DNA of 64,000 nucleotides from Anaeromyxobacteraceae bacterium (GCA_032654565.1 JAULAX010000017.1:320001-384000); one strand, 5' to 3'; positions 28,521 through 37,953 are shown, numbered from the stretch's first letter. The notes: generated by a model from the letters alone, not told the origin. Numbers and translations: made by a program.

Positions 28521-29057
28521 TCACTCCCGGGTGTAGATCGAGATCCCGGTGCCGCCGTAGCGGCGCGTCTCCACCAGGCGGAGCGGGCCCAGTTGGCCCG
28601 GCGGCGGCCGCCTGGCGTCGTGCTCCGCCACCGCCCGCCCCCCGGGGAGCAGCAGCGGCCCGGCCAGGGCCAGCCCGGCCTCCGGCCCCTCCAGGTAGGG
28701 CGGGTCGATGAAGGCCAGCGCGAACCCGGCCGGCAGCCGCGCCGCCACCGCCTCGGCCCGGCCGACGCGGACCTCGACCCGCTCGGTGAACCCCAGCGCC
28801 GCCACGTTGCGCCGCAGCACCTCGACGGCCCCGCGGTCGGCCTCGACGCAGACGGCGCCGGCGCAGCCCCGGGAGAGCGCCTCCAGGGCCAGCGCCCCGG
28901 TGCCGGCGTACAGGTCGAGCACCTGACCGCCGTCGAAGAACTGGCCGAGCATGTTGAAGACCGCGGCCCGGACCTTCTCGCCGGTGGGGCGGGTCCCCTG
29001 CCCCGGCGGCACCTCCAGCCGCCGCCCCCGGGCGCTCCCGGCGACGATCCGGGTCAC
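28521..29057 (-). CDS. rsmD: 16S rRNA m2G966 methyltransferase RsmD
   Basis: RIVAG...RPT, LDLYAGTGALALEALSRG, DPPY; adjacent to coaD. Confidence 0.94.
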   Translation of the reverse strand: MTRIVAGSARGRRLEVPPGQGTRPTGEKVRAAVFNMLGQFFDGGQVLDLYAGTGALALEALSRGCAGAVCVEADRGAVEVLRRNVAALGFTERVEVRVGRAEAVAARLPAGFALAFIDPPYLEGPEAGLALAGPLLLPGGRAVAEHDARRPPPGQLGPLRLVETRRYGGTGISIYTRE

Positions 29058-30043
29058 GGCCCCGACCCGGCCCGGACCTGCTCGAGGTGGCGGGCCAGCC
29101 GCGGGGCGCTGCCGGTGGCCCCCAGCCGCTCCAGGAAGTCGAGCACCTCGCCGTAGGCCCGGGCCTCGAGCCGGGCCAGGTCACCCTCGCCCAGCGCCGC
29201 CTCGGCCCGCGCCAGCGGCGCCTCCCGGCTGTTCTCCGCCCCGGCCACGAGATCGAGCGCCAGCAGCGCCACGCTGGCCGCCACCCCGCCGTCGTCGCAG
29301 CCGGCCACCGGGGATCCGGCCAGGCTCTGGAGCAGCTCCGGCGTCACCGGCCCGCGGCGCAGCACCGGCGTGCCGGCCAGCGCCGCGCACAGGGCCAGCA
29401 GCTCGCGCACCTGCGCCTGCACCCCCTCCGGCGTGGTGGGCGCCTCGAGCGGCAGGCTGGCCACGTCGGGCAGGGCCTCGCTCCGGGCCAGGTCGCCGAA
29501 GAGCCGCCCCGCCTCGCGCTCGCCGCCGCGGGCCACCACGCAGTCGAGCCCCAGGCCGGCCTCCAGCGCCGGCGTCGCCACCCGCGCCAGCACCTCGGCC
29601 CGGGCCTCGGCCGGCACCGCCCCCAGATCGACGGTCAGGTGGGTCAGCCCGGCGTCGACCAGCGACCAGGCCGCCTTGAAGGCCGCCTCCACCTCGACGT
29701 CGCGCCGCCCCGCCACCCGCACCTCGCCGGCCAGGAAGATGGGCAGCCCGGCGGCCACCTCGTCGGCGGCCCGCACCACCGCCTGGAACCAGGGCTCCGG
29801 CGGCGAGCCGGCCGGCAGCGAGAGGCCGAGCACGCTCTGGAGCTGCTTGGCCGCCACCAGCGCCGCCCGGGCCACGCCCGGGGTCGGCGCCCGGACCAGC
29901 GGCAGGGTCAGCCGCAGCTCGGCGGCGGCCCGGATCAGGTCCTTGGAGGAGAGCGGGCAGGCGGCGCTGCGCGGCTCGAGCCGCTCCACCACGCGGGCCG
30001 GGCGGAAGGCGAGGACGGGCGAGAGCACGGCCGAACATACCAC
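29054..30043 (-). CDS. Hypothetical protein, possibly a degenerate class II aldolase-like TIM barrel
   Basis: 329-aa ORF coupled to rsmD; N-terminal pattern resembles class II aldolases but no HxDH motif; start uncertain. Confidence 0.6.
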   Translation of the reverse strand: MVCSAVLSPVLAFRPARVVERLEPRSAACPLSSKDLIRAAAELRLTLPLVRAPTPGVARAALVAAKQLQSVLGLSLPAGSPPEPWFQAVVRAADEVAAGLPIFLAGEVRVAGRRDVEVEAAFKAAWSLVDAGLTHLTVDLGAVPAEARAEVLARVATPALEAGLGLDCVVARGGEREAGRLFGDLARSEALPDVASLPLEAPTTPEGVQAQVRELLALCAALAGTPVLRRGPVTPELLQSLAGSPVAGCDDGGVAASVALLALDLVAGAENSREAPLARAEAALGEGDLARLEARAYGEVLDFLERLGATGSAPRLARHLEQVRAGSGP

Positions 30044-30094
30044 GGGTGCGCGGCCGCCTCGCCGCCCGGGGGCGACGCTGCGGCGGCCCGCCGG

Positions 30095-31063
30095 TCAGTG
30101 ATCCTGCGGGCAGACGGCGTGGACGTGGGCGTAGCCGGCGGTCTCGATCTGCAGGGTGGTGTGGTCGATGTGGAAGCGATCGCAGAGCACCCGCTTCACC
30201 GCGGTGAGGATCTCGTCGTTGCGCCCCAGCGCCTCGGCCTTGATCACCACGTGGGCCGAGAGGGCGTAGAGCCCGCTGGAGATGGTCCAGAGGTGCAGGT
30301 CGTGGATGGCGTCGACGTCGGGGGAGGCCGCGGCCATGGTGGCCTGGACCTCGGCCAGCGAGAGGTGCCGGGGCACCCCCTCCATCAGCACGTCGGTGAT
30401 CTCGCGGATCAGCCCCACCGTCCCCCAGAGGATGAGCACGGCGATGGCCAGCGAGAGCGCCGGATCGAGCCAGCTCCAGCCGGGGCGCAGCCACATCACC
30501 CCGGCCCCGAGGAGGATGGCCACCGAGGAGACGGTGTCGGCGATGACGTGGAGGAACGCCGAGCGGGCGTTGAGGCCGTGGTCGTGGCGCAGCACGCCGA
30601 GGATGGCCAGGTTGGCGGCCAGCCCCACCGCCGCCACCGCCGCCATCAGCCCGAGCTGGACGGGCGGTGAGCCCTCGCGGAGCCGCTCGATGGCCTCCCA
30701 GCTGAGCCAGCCGGTCAGGAGCACCAGCCCGGCCACGTTGAGCTGGGCCGCCAGCACCTCGGCGCGCCGGAAGCCGAAGGTGCGCTTCTCGTCCGGCTTG
30801 CGGGTGGCCACCCAGGCCGCCACCAGCGCCAGCGCCAGCGCCCCGGCGTCGGTGAGCATGTGGCCGGCGTCGGAGAGCAGGGCCAGCGACCCGGACCAGA
30901 GCCCGCCCACCACCTCGGCCACCATGATGGTGGTGGTCAGGGCCAGCGAGAGGCCGAGCCGGCGCAGGCTCGAGCCCGGGGCGTGGCCGTGGACGTGCCC
31001 TTCGTGCGAGTCTCCGTGCTGGTGACCAGCGGGCCCATGGCCCTGATCCGTACCGCTCGACAT
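30095..31063 (-). CDS. Cation diffusion facilitator (ZitB/CzcD-like) metal exporter
   Basis: His-rich N-terminus, SLALLSDAGHMLTD, LHVIAD, HDLHLW, HTTLQIE. Confidence 0.95.
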   Translation of the reverse strand: MSSGTDQGHGPAGHQHGDSHEGHVHGHAPGSSLRRLGLSLALTTTIMVAEVVGGLWSGSLALLSDAGHMLTDAGALALALVAAWVATRKPDEKRTFGFRRAEVLAAQLNVAGLVLLTGWLSWEAIERLREGSPPVQLGLMAAVAAVGLAANLAILGVLRHDHGLNARSAFLHVIADTVSSVAILLGAGVMWLRPGWSWLDPALSLAIAVLILWGTVGLIREITDVLMEGVPRHLSLAEVQATMAAASPDVDAIHDLHLWTISSGLYALSAHVVIKAEALGRNDEILTAVKRVLCDRFHIDHTTLQIETAGYAHVHAVCPQDH

Positions 31064-31146
31064 CAGGCTTGAACCTCCGGGCCGGAGAGTCTACGTCAAA
31101 GGTGTAGCGGGCGGCGGGCCACGGCGCACGGAGGACGGCGAGGATC

Positions 31147-32043
31147 ATGGAGCAGCAGGCGCACCTGACGGCGGCCCGCGACGGCACCCGGCTCCACTGG
31201 ACCTCCAGCGGCGCCGGGGCCCCCACCGTGCTGCTCACCGACGGGGTCGGCTGCGCCGGCTACATCTGGCGCTTCCTCAAGCCGGAGCTGGCCCGGCGCC
31301 ACCGGGTCATCCACTGGAACTACCGCGGCCACGGCGAGAGCGAGGCCCCGGCCGACCCGGCCCGGGTCTCGGTGGCCGACTGCGTCGACGACCTCTTCGT
31401 GGTGCTCGACGCCGCCGGCGAGCAGCAGGTGGTGATCATGGGCCACTCCATGGGGGTGCAGGTGGCGCTGGAGGCCCACCGGCGCCAGCCGGAGCGGGTG
31501 GCCGGCCTGATCCTGGTCTGCGGCGCGCCGGGGCGGGCCCTCGACGCCGTCCACGACGTCCCCTTCGCCGCCGCCGCCCTCCCCTACGCCCAGGCCGCGG
31601 TCTCCCGCTTCCCCGGCCTCTCCCGGATGCTCTTCCGCTCGGTGATCCCCACCGACCTGTCGCTCAAGCTGGCCCTGGCCTTCGAGGTCAACGAGAAGCT
31701 GGTGGCCAGGGAGGACGTGGTCCGCTACCTCGACGACCTGGCCGACGTCGACCCGGCCCTCTTCGTCAAGCTGCTGGCCTCGGCGGCGCAGAGCGACGCC
31801 TCCGACCACCTCCCCTCCATCGCCCTGCCCACCCTGATCATCGCCGGCGAGCAGGACGCCTTCACCCCCATGTGGCTCTCGGTGAAGATGCACGCCGCCA
31901 TCCCCGGCAGCGAGCTGCTGGTGCTCCCCGGCGGCAGCCACGTCGGCCCGCTCGAGCACCCCGAGCTCTGCGAGCTGCGGGTGGAGAAGTACTTCAACGA
32001 CCACTTCCACGCCGGCCCAGGCGCCGCCGAGCCGCCCCGGTGA
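31147..32043 (+). CDS. Alpha/beta-fold hydrolase
   Basis: RGHGES, GHSMG nucleophile elbow, GEQD, GSH. Confidence 0.92.
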   Translation: MEQQAHLTAARDGTRLHWTSSGAGAPTVLLTDGVGCAGYIWRFLKPELARRHRVIHWNYRGHGESEAPADPARVSVADCVDDLFVVLDAAGEQQVVIMGHSMGVQVALEAHRRQPERVAGLILVCGAPGRALDAVHDVPFAAAALPYAQAAVSRFPGLSRMLFRSVIPTDLSLKLALAFEVNEKLVAREDVVRYLDDLADVDPALFVKLLASAAQSDASDHLPSIALPTLIIAGEQDAFTPMWLSVKMHAAIPGSELLVLPGGSHVGPLEHPELCELRVEKYFNDHFHAGPGAAEPPR

Positions 32044-34970
32044 GGTGGCCCCGGCCGGCCGCCGCCGCCTCGCTGGCACTGACGCTGGCACTGACGCTGG
32101 CGCTGCTGGCTCCCGGGCCGGCGACCGCCCAGCCCTACGATCCCGACTACCGCTGGCGCACCATCGACACCCCGCACTTCCAGGTCCACTTCCACCAGGG
32201 GCTGGAGGCGCTGGCCCAGCGGGCGGCGCGGGAGGCGGAGCGCGCCCACGCCCGCCTCGCCCCCCTGCTCGGCGACTCGCCGAAGCAGCGGACCCAGCTG
32301 GTCCTCTCCGACGACACCGACGCGGCCAACGGCTCGGCCACCCCCCTCCCCTACAACACCATCCGCGTCTACGCGGTCCCGGCCGAGTCGGGGTCGGTGC
32401 TCAACGACGAGCGCGACGGGCTCGAGGCGGTCATCACCCACGAGTACGTCCACATCCTGCACCTCGACAACATCGGCGGCATCCCGGCCCTGGTGAACGC
32501 CGTGTTCGGCAAGATCTGGCCGCCCAACGGCCTGACCCCGGCCTGGCTGATCGAGGGGCTGGCGGTGGCGCACGAGGCCCCCGCCGGCGGCGGCGCTGGC
32601 CGCAACGAGAGCGCCGTCTTCGACATGTACCTGCGCTCCCTGGTGCTGGAGCCGCCCGGCCTCCCGACGCTGGCCCAGGCCTCCAACCCGTACCTGGAGT
32701 GGCCGCGCGGCACGCTGGTCTACCTGGTGGGCGGCCGGTTCGTGGCCTGGCTGGAGCAGCGCTCCGGCGTCGACCGGATGCGCGCCTTCCTGGCCGACCA
32801 GGGCTCGCAGGTCTTCCCGTGGGCTCCCTCCTGGGCCGCCCAGCGCTGGTTCGGCGCCGACCTGCCCACCCTCTGGGACCAGTTCGCCGCCGAGCAGGCG
32901 CGGCGCGGCGCGGCCCAGCTGGCCGAGGTGCGCCAGCGGCCGGTCACCCTTCCTTCGCCGCTCACCCGCCGCGGCGGGCTGATCGAGCGGCCGCGCTGGC
33001 TGCCGGACGGCTCCGGGCTGGTCTACCTGGACCGCGGCCTCGACGAGCGCCCCGGGCTGCGGCGGGTCTCGCGGGGCGGCCAGGACCTGGGCCGGGCGCT
33101 GGCGGTGGACCAGGACGGCACCTTCGCGCTCCGCTCGGCCAGCGAGGCGGTGGTGGCCAAGGGGCAGGTCTGGCACGAGTACCGGCGCTACGCCGACCTC
33201 TACCTCGCCGACCTGGACCGCGGCTGCGACCGGCGGCTCACCGACGGCGAGCGGGCCACCGACCCGGCCCTGACCCCGGACGGCGGCGCCGTGGTCTACG
33301 TGGCCCAGGCCGGCGGCGGCGAGCAGGCGCTGCGGCGGCGGCCGCTCGACGGTGGCCCGGCCGAGACCCTGCTGCAGCTCCCCGGCGCCTCGCTCTACGA
33401 GCCGGCGGTCTCGCCCGACGGGCGGCGCATCGCCCTGTCGGTGCAGCGCCACGGCCGGCGCGACCTGGCGCTGCTCGAGGACGGGGAGCTGCGCGAGCTC
33501 ACCAGCGACGACGCCCTCGACCGGGCCCCCAGCTGGTCGCCGGACGGCCGCTGGCTGCTCTTCACCTCCGACCGCGGCGGCGTCAACAACGTCTACGCCT
33601 GGGAGCGCGAGACCGGCGCCATCCGCCAGGTGACCAACGTGGAGACCGGGGCGCTGGAGCCGGCGGTCTCGCCCGACGGCGCCACCCTGGCCTTCGTCGG
33701 CTACTCGCGGCGCGGCCACGACCTCGCCACCATCCCCTTCGACCCCGCCAGCTGGCTCGACCCGGCCCCGGCGGCGCCGGCGCTGCCGCCCCCGGAGCCG
33801 GCCCCGGGCGAGGAGCTCCCCACCCGCCCGTACCAGGTCTCCGAGACCGTGACCCCCACCCTCTGGCTGCCCACCTGGAGCGCCGACGGCGCCGGGCAGA
33901 CCTACGGCATCTTCACCATGGGTGTCGACGCGCTCTGGCGCCACACCTGGCAGTTCGACGCCTGGGCCAGCCCCAAGGCCTCGACGGCGGGCTACGCCTT
34001 CTCCTACACCGGCGGCTGGTCCTGGCCGAGCCTCGACTTCTACTCGGCGCGCTGGGTGGCCGGGTCGCCGGGCTACCCGGATCGGCTGGTCTCGGCCTGG
34101 ACGCCGCTGGCGCCGGGCGCCACCTTCACCTTCACCCGGCTGGAGCGGGCGCTGGCCTTCCGCCTCGGCTGGACGCCGACCCGGATCGACTCGCTGGCCC
34201 CGGTGGTCCCCTCCGCCGGCGACCCGCCCGGCCGGCTCTTCGCCGACGGCCTGCTGGCCGAGGCGGCGCTCTCGGTGGCCTACGACGACACCCAGCGCTA
34301 CCCCCGCTCCATCTCCAGCGAGGAGGGGCGCCACCTGGCGCTGCGGCTGCGCTACGCCGACCGGACCACCGGCAGCGACTACGACCTGTGGCGGGCCCGC
34401 GCCTCCTGGTCGGAGTTCACCCGCGTCCCCTTCACCCGCCACGTGGTGCTGGCCACCCGGCTCTCCGGCGCCTTCAGCCACGGCTCGCTGGGCGGCTCGC
34501 CGCCCTTCTCGCTGGGCGGGATCCCGCCGGCCACGCTGCTCTCGCTGACGCCGCTGCAGGCCTTCTCGGCCTCCGACCAGCTGCGCGGCTACCCGGCCGG
34601 GCTCTTCGCCGGCAACGGCACCGTCTCGGCCAGCGTCGAGCTGCGCTTCCCGCTCTTCGCGCCGCAGCTGGGCTACTCCACCTGGCCGGTCTTCCTGCGC
34701 CGGGTCCACGGGGCGGTCTTCGCCGACCTCGGCGAGGCCTTCGTGCAGGGGACCGAGCGCGGCTACGCTGGCCCGGACTTCCACTGGGCCCGGCTGCGGG
34801 TGGGCGCCGGCGCCGAGCTGCGGCTGGAGACGGCGCTGGCCTACTGGCTGCTCACCGACGTGCGGGTCGGCGTGGCCCGCGGCCTCGGCAAGCCCCTCGG
34901 CGGCGTCAGCCCGACAGCGGACCCCTGGGCGGTCTGGCAGTGGTACGTGGTGCTGGGGCCGAGCTTCTGA
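32040..34970 (+). CDS. Outer membrane protein: HExxH peptidase-like domain, TolB/PD40-like propeller, Omp85-like barrel
   Basis: Signal peptide, ITHEYVH and WLIEGLA, repeated P-x-x-SPDG, LRGY motif, C-terminal Phe. Confidence 0.85.
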   Translation: MRWPRPAAAASLALTLALTLALLAPGPATAQPYDPDYRWRTIDTPHFQVHFHQGLEALAQRAAREAERAHARLAPLLGDSPKQRTQLVLSDDTDAANGSATPLPYNTIRVYAVPAESGSVLNDERDGLEAVITHEYVHILHLDNIGGIPALVNAVFGKIWPPNGLTPAWLIEGLAVAHEAPAGGGAGRNESAVFDMYLRSLVLEPPGLPTLAQASNPYLEWPRGTLVYLVGGRFVAWLEQRSGVDRMRAFLADQGSQVFPWAPSWAAQRWFGADLPTLWDQFAAEQARRGAAQLAEVRQRPVTLPSPLTRRGGLIERPRWLPDGSGLVYLDRGLDERPGLRRVSRGGQDLGRALAVDQDGTFALRSASEAVVAKGQVWHEYRRYADLYLADLDRGCDRRLTDGERATDPALTPDGGAVVYVAQAGGGEQALRRRPLDGGPAETLLQLPGASLYEPAVSPDGRRIALSVQRHGRRDLALLEDGELRELTSDDALDRAPSWSPDGRWLLFTSDRGGVNNVYAWERETGAIRQVTNVETGALEPAVSPDGATLAFVGYSRRGHDLATIPFDPASWLDPAPAAPALPPPEPAPGEELPTRPYQVSETVTPTLWLPTWSADGAGQTYGIFTMGVDALWRHTWQFDAWASPKASTAGYAFSYTGGWSWPSLDFYSARWVAGSPGYPDRLVSAWTPLAPGATFTFTRLERALAFRLGWTPTRIDSLAPVVPSAGDPPGRLFADGLLAEAALSVAYDDTQRYPRSISSEEGRHLALRLRYADRTTGSDYDLWRARASWSEFTRVPFTRHVVLATRLSGAFSHGSLGGSPPFSLGGIPPATLLSLTPLQAFSASDQLRGYPAGLFAGNGTVSASVELRFPLFAPQLGYSTWPVFLRRVHGAVFADLGEAFVQGTERGYAGPDFHWARLRVGAGAELRLETALAYWLLTDVRVGVARGLGKPLGGVSPTADPWAVWQWYVVLGPSF

Positions 34971-35037
34971 GCGGTGCGGCGGCGGCGCGGCGGCGCCTTG
35001 CGGGGGCTGGCGGACTGGTGATAAACAGCGCCCCTTC

Positions 35038-35110
35038 GCCGACATAGCTCAGTTGGCAGAGCAGCTGATTCGTAATCAGCAGGTCCACGGTTCAAATCCG
35101 TGTGTCGGCT
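35038..35110 (+). tRNA. tRNA-Thr (anticodon CGT), CCA not encoded
   Basis: Acceptor stem GCCGACA/TGTCGGC, D-arm AGCTCAGTTGGCAGAGC, anticodon loop TTCGTAA, T-loop GGTTCAAATCC. Confidence 0.97.
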
Positions 35111-35129
35111 AACAGGGGCCAGAAGTTCC

Positions 35130-35173
35130 GGCGGTCACCGGTACCCGGTCGGGTGCGCTGGTGACCGCCTTTT
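35130..35173 (+). terminator. Intrinsic terminator after tRNA-Thr
   Basis: GGCGGTCACCGG ... CTGGTGACCGCC followed by TTTT. Confidence 0.75.
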
Positions 35174-35317
35174 CATGCCGGGTTGGCACACGCTGGCCAG
35201 CACGTCGCTCGTCAGGTGAGAGACCGATCGCAGGTCCTCCTCACTCGCAGCGCCGGATGTCATCAAACGTGTGTGCCTATCCGGTTGGCTCCAGGGTGTG
35301 CCCTCTCCGGAGGCGTG

Positions 35318-35346
35318 TTGCCCGCAGGGTTGCACGGTGCTACCTT
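35318..35346 (+). promoter_or_regulatory. Putative sigma70 promoter of the TA pair
   Basis: TTGCCC-N17-TACCTT with extended -10 TG; predicted +1 at the ATG 35353. Confidence 0.5.
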
Positions 35347-35352
35347 TCAGTC

Positions 35353-35727
35353 ATGGGCCAGGCCGTGAAACTCTCTGATTCCTTGGTGGCTGACGCACGG
35401 GCGGCTGGGCTCGTCGCTGAGCGTTCGATTGCCGGCCAGATCGAATACTGGGCGCGCGTCGGCCGTGCGGTTGGCGGCGGCATGGATGTCGATGCCGCTC
35501 TACGACTCAAGCGGCGCGCAGACGGAATGTCCCTGGAGGAGGTTCTGGCTCCGCGGAGCGCCAAGGAGCGGCGCGAGTCCCTCCGGGCGTTCATGGCCAC
35601 CCAGCCGTTTCCGCACTTCGAGGGCGTCCCGGGGAAGAAGGGGGTCCTCGTCAAGGTGGATGCGGATGGCACCCGAACCCTGGGCCGCTTCGTCGGTCGC
35701 GACTTTCGCCCGATCGGGAAGAAGTGA
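35353..35727 (+). CDS. ParD-like (ribbon-helix-helix) antitoxin
   Basis: MGQAVKLSDSLVADAR...RSIAGQIEYWARVGR matches the ParD-like family pattern. Confidence 0.8.
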   Translation: MGQAVKLSDSLVADARAAGLVAERSIAGQIEYWARVGRAVGGGMDVDAALRLKRRADGMSLEEVLAPRSAKERRESLRAFMATQPFPHFEGVPGKKGVLVKVDADGTRTLGRFVGRDFRPIGKK

Positions 35728-36305
35728 GCCTGGGCCACGTGGGCCCGCTGATGGTTATCGCCATCGCTGGGCCGAACGGCGCCGGCAAGTCTACTTTCTA
35801 CCTGAAGGAACTGGCGTCCGCTGGGTTCACGTTCGTGAATGCGGACGAGATCGCCAAGGCCGATCGGGTCGACGCCTATGAGGCGGCGCGGCGGGCGGCA
35901 CAGCAGCGTGATGACCTCGTTCGCGACAGAGAGAGCTTCGTGTTCGAGACGGTGTTCTCCGACCCCGTAGGGGAGAAGATCGACTTCCTGCTCCGCGCAG
36001 CCCGAGAGGGCTACGCCGTGGCGGTTGTCTTCATTGGACTCAACAGCCCGAAGCTGAGCGAGGAGCGGGTCGCAGCTCGCAGGATGGCCGGGGGTCACGA
36101 TGTGCCGACGGCCAAATTGAAGGCACGGTACGCGCGCACCATGAAGAACCTGGAGCGCGCGGTCCTCGTACTTCCGCGGGTCGACGTGTTCGACAACAGC
36201 GATCCGCTCGATCCCTATCGTAAGGTCGCCCAGTACCGACTCGGCCGGTTGCTTCACGCCTACGGGCCCTTGCCCGATTGGTTGCCCGGCGGACTGCGGC
36301 GTTAG
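35724..36305 (+). CDS. Zeta-toxin-like P-loop kinase/ATPase
   Basis: IAGPNGAGKST, VNADEIA, FETVFS, RVAAR...GGHDVP, FDNS; GTGA overlap with antitoxin. Confidence 0.85.
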   Translation: MSLGHVGPLMVIAIAGPNGAGKSTFYLKELASAGFTFVNADEIAKADRVDAYEAARRAAQQRDDLVRDRESFVFETVFSDPVGEKIDFLLRAAREGYAVAVVFIGLNSPKLSEERVAARRMAGGHDVPTAKLKARYARTMKNLERAVLVLPRVDVFDNSDPLDPYRKVAQYRLGRLLHAYGPLPDWLPGGLRR

Positions 36306-36453
36306 CGGTCGACTGCTGTCGGAGTCGGTCCGTGGGCGCCGATTCCAGGTGGAGCCAACCGGATAGGCACACAAGCGTGACAACAACCCCTCGCGCCGGA
36401 TCCAGGCCCAGGCCCCGAGCCCACCCCGTCGGGAGGCCAACCGCCCGCCCCCC

Positions 36454-37953
36454 TCACCTCCTGGACGTCGCCACCTCGAGCCGCTTCCCCATGGCCTGCC
36501 TGAAGAAGGCGGCCTCGCGGGCCACGTCCCAGAGCTCCAGGTCGAGCGCGGCGCGCGCCCGCGCCACCAGCCGCACCCGGCCGTTGACCACCGAGGCCCG
36601 CAGCCCCAGCACCGACTGGGCGTGGCTGCGATCGAGGGCGTCGGCCACCCGCAGCAGCGCCACCAGCCGGCGCAGCAGCCGCAGCTGCCCCGGGGCCAGC
36701 CCCTGCAGGTCCGGCCGCCCCGCCTCCGGAGGCGTGCGCCGGTGGTACCGGGCCACCAGCGCCACCAGCTGCCGCTCCTGGTCGGAGAAGCCGGCCACGT
36801 CGGCGTTGGCCACCAGGTAGAGGGTGTGCTTGTGGTGGCGCTGCGGCGAGACCGCGTGCCCCACGTCGTGGAGCAGCGCCGCCGCCTCCAGCAGCCCCCG
36901 CGCCGAGGCCGGGAGCCGGTGCAGGTCGGCCAGCTGGTCGAAGAGCGCCAGCGACAGGCGCGTCACCTGCAGGGCGTGCCGCTCGTCGAAGCCGAAGCGC
37001 CGGCCCAGCGCCAGCACCGCCTCGGTCCGCCCCTCGGCCGCAGCCGCCGCCGCCGCCGGGGAGCGGCGGGCCAGGTCGCGCAGCACGCCGTTGCGCAGGC
37101 CGGTGCCGACGGCGCTGATGGCCTCCAGCCCGAGGTGGCGCATGCAGGCCTCGAGGATGACCGCCCCGGCCACGATGATCTCGGCCCGGCGAGGCTCGAA
37201 CTGCTTGCGCCGCTCGGCCAGGCTGCGGTCGGCCAGCTGGTCCACCATCCGCTCCAGCCGGCGCAGCGTCAGCCGCTTCGAGTCGGTGCCGGCGTCGACG
37301 ATGGCGTTGATGGTGCCGGAGGAGCCGAGCGCCACCCGCGGCCCGGGGAGCCGCCGTGGCAGCGCCTCGCGGAAGGCCTCGGCGGCGTAGGAGCGCATCA
37401 CCTCGAGCCGCTCGGCGGAGACCTTGCCGGCGGCGTCGAAGATCTCGGTGAGCCGCACCGCGCCCACCGCCACCGAGTGGAGCGTGGTGGGCTTCTCGCC
37501 CAGCCCGGTGGCCACCTCGGTGGAGCCGCCCCCGATGTCGACGAGCAGCGAGCGGGCCGACGGCGGGCGCCCCTCCAGCACCCCCAGGCAGATGAGCCGG
37601 GCCTCCTCGCGGCCGCTCACCACCTCCAGGTCGAGCCCGGCCTCCTCCCGGGCGCGCCGGACGATCTCGTCGCGGTTGCGCGCCTCCCGCACCGCCGCGG
37701 TGGCCACCGCACGCACCTTGGCCCGGTAGCGCCGGCAGAGCGCGGCGTAGCGCCGCAGCGTGGAGATGAGCCGGTTGGCCACCGGCTTGGCGATGGTCCC
37801 GCCGCTGAAGACCCCCTCGCCGGGCCGGACCGGATCTCGCTCCTGGTGGAGCGTCTCCAGCGTGCCGTCGGGGAGGGAGCGGACGATCTCCAGCCGGACG
37901 GCGTTGGTCCCCACGTCGATGGCGGCCAGGATCCGGTGGTGTCCATTCTTCAT
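36454..37953 (-). CDS. ppx: Ppx/GppA exopolyphosphatase with HD domain
   Basis: AAIDVGTN, ATAAVREA, GREEARL, DIGGGSTE, LHDVG. Confidence 0.94.
   Translation of the reverse strand: MKNGHHRILAAIDVGTNAVRLEIVRSLPDGTLETLHQERDPVRPGEGVFSGGTIAKPVANRLISTLRRYAALCRRYRAKVRAVATAAVREARNRDEIVRRAREEAGLDLEVVSGREEARLICLGVLEGRPPSARSLLVDIGGGSTEVATGLGEKPTTLHSVAVGAVRLTEIFDAAGKVSAERLEVMRSYAAEAFREALPRRLPGPRVALGSSGTINAIVDAGTDSKRLTLRRLERMVDQLADRSLAERRKQFEPRRAEIIVAGAVILEACMRHLGLEAISAVGTGLRNGVLRDLARRSPAAAAAAAEGRTEAVLALGRRFGFDERHALQVTRLSLALFDQLADLHRLPASARGLLEAAALLHDVGHAVSPQRHHKHTLYLVANADVAGFSDQERQLVALVARYHRRTPPEAGRPDLQGLAPGQLRLLRRLVALLRVADALDRSHAQSVLGLRASVVNGRVRLVARARAALDLELWDVAREAAFFRQAMGKRLEVATSRR

Larger units (their letters stand above)
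35270..36373. mobile_element. Non-autonomous cassette bounded by perfect 24-bp inverted repeats, carrying a toxin-antitoxin-like pair
   Basis: TGTGTGCCTATCCGGTTGGCTCCA (35270-35293) and its exact reverse complement (36350-36373); visibly more A/T-rich than flanks; no recombinase inside. Confidence 0.6.

Noticed and set aside
32072..32102. 12-bp tandem repeat CGCTGGCACTGA
   Set aside because: In-frame duplication within a signal peptide (LALT repeats)
35038..36450. Classical integrase island at tRNA-Thr
   Set aside because: No duplicated tRNA 3' end and no integrase seen; a 9-bp GCGCCGGAT direct repeat (35250-35258, 36393-36401) is not symmetrically placed, so not accepted as a target-site duplication
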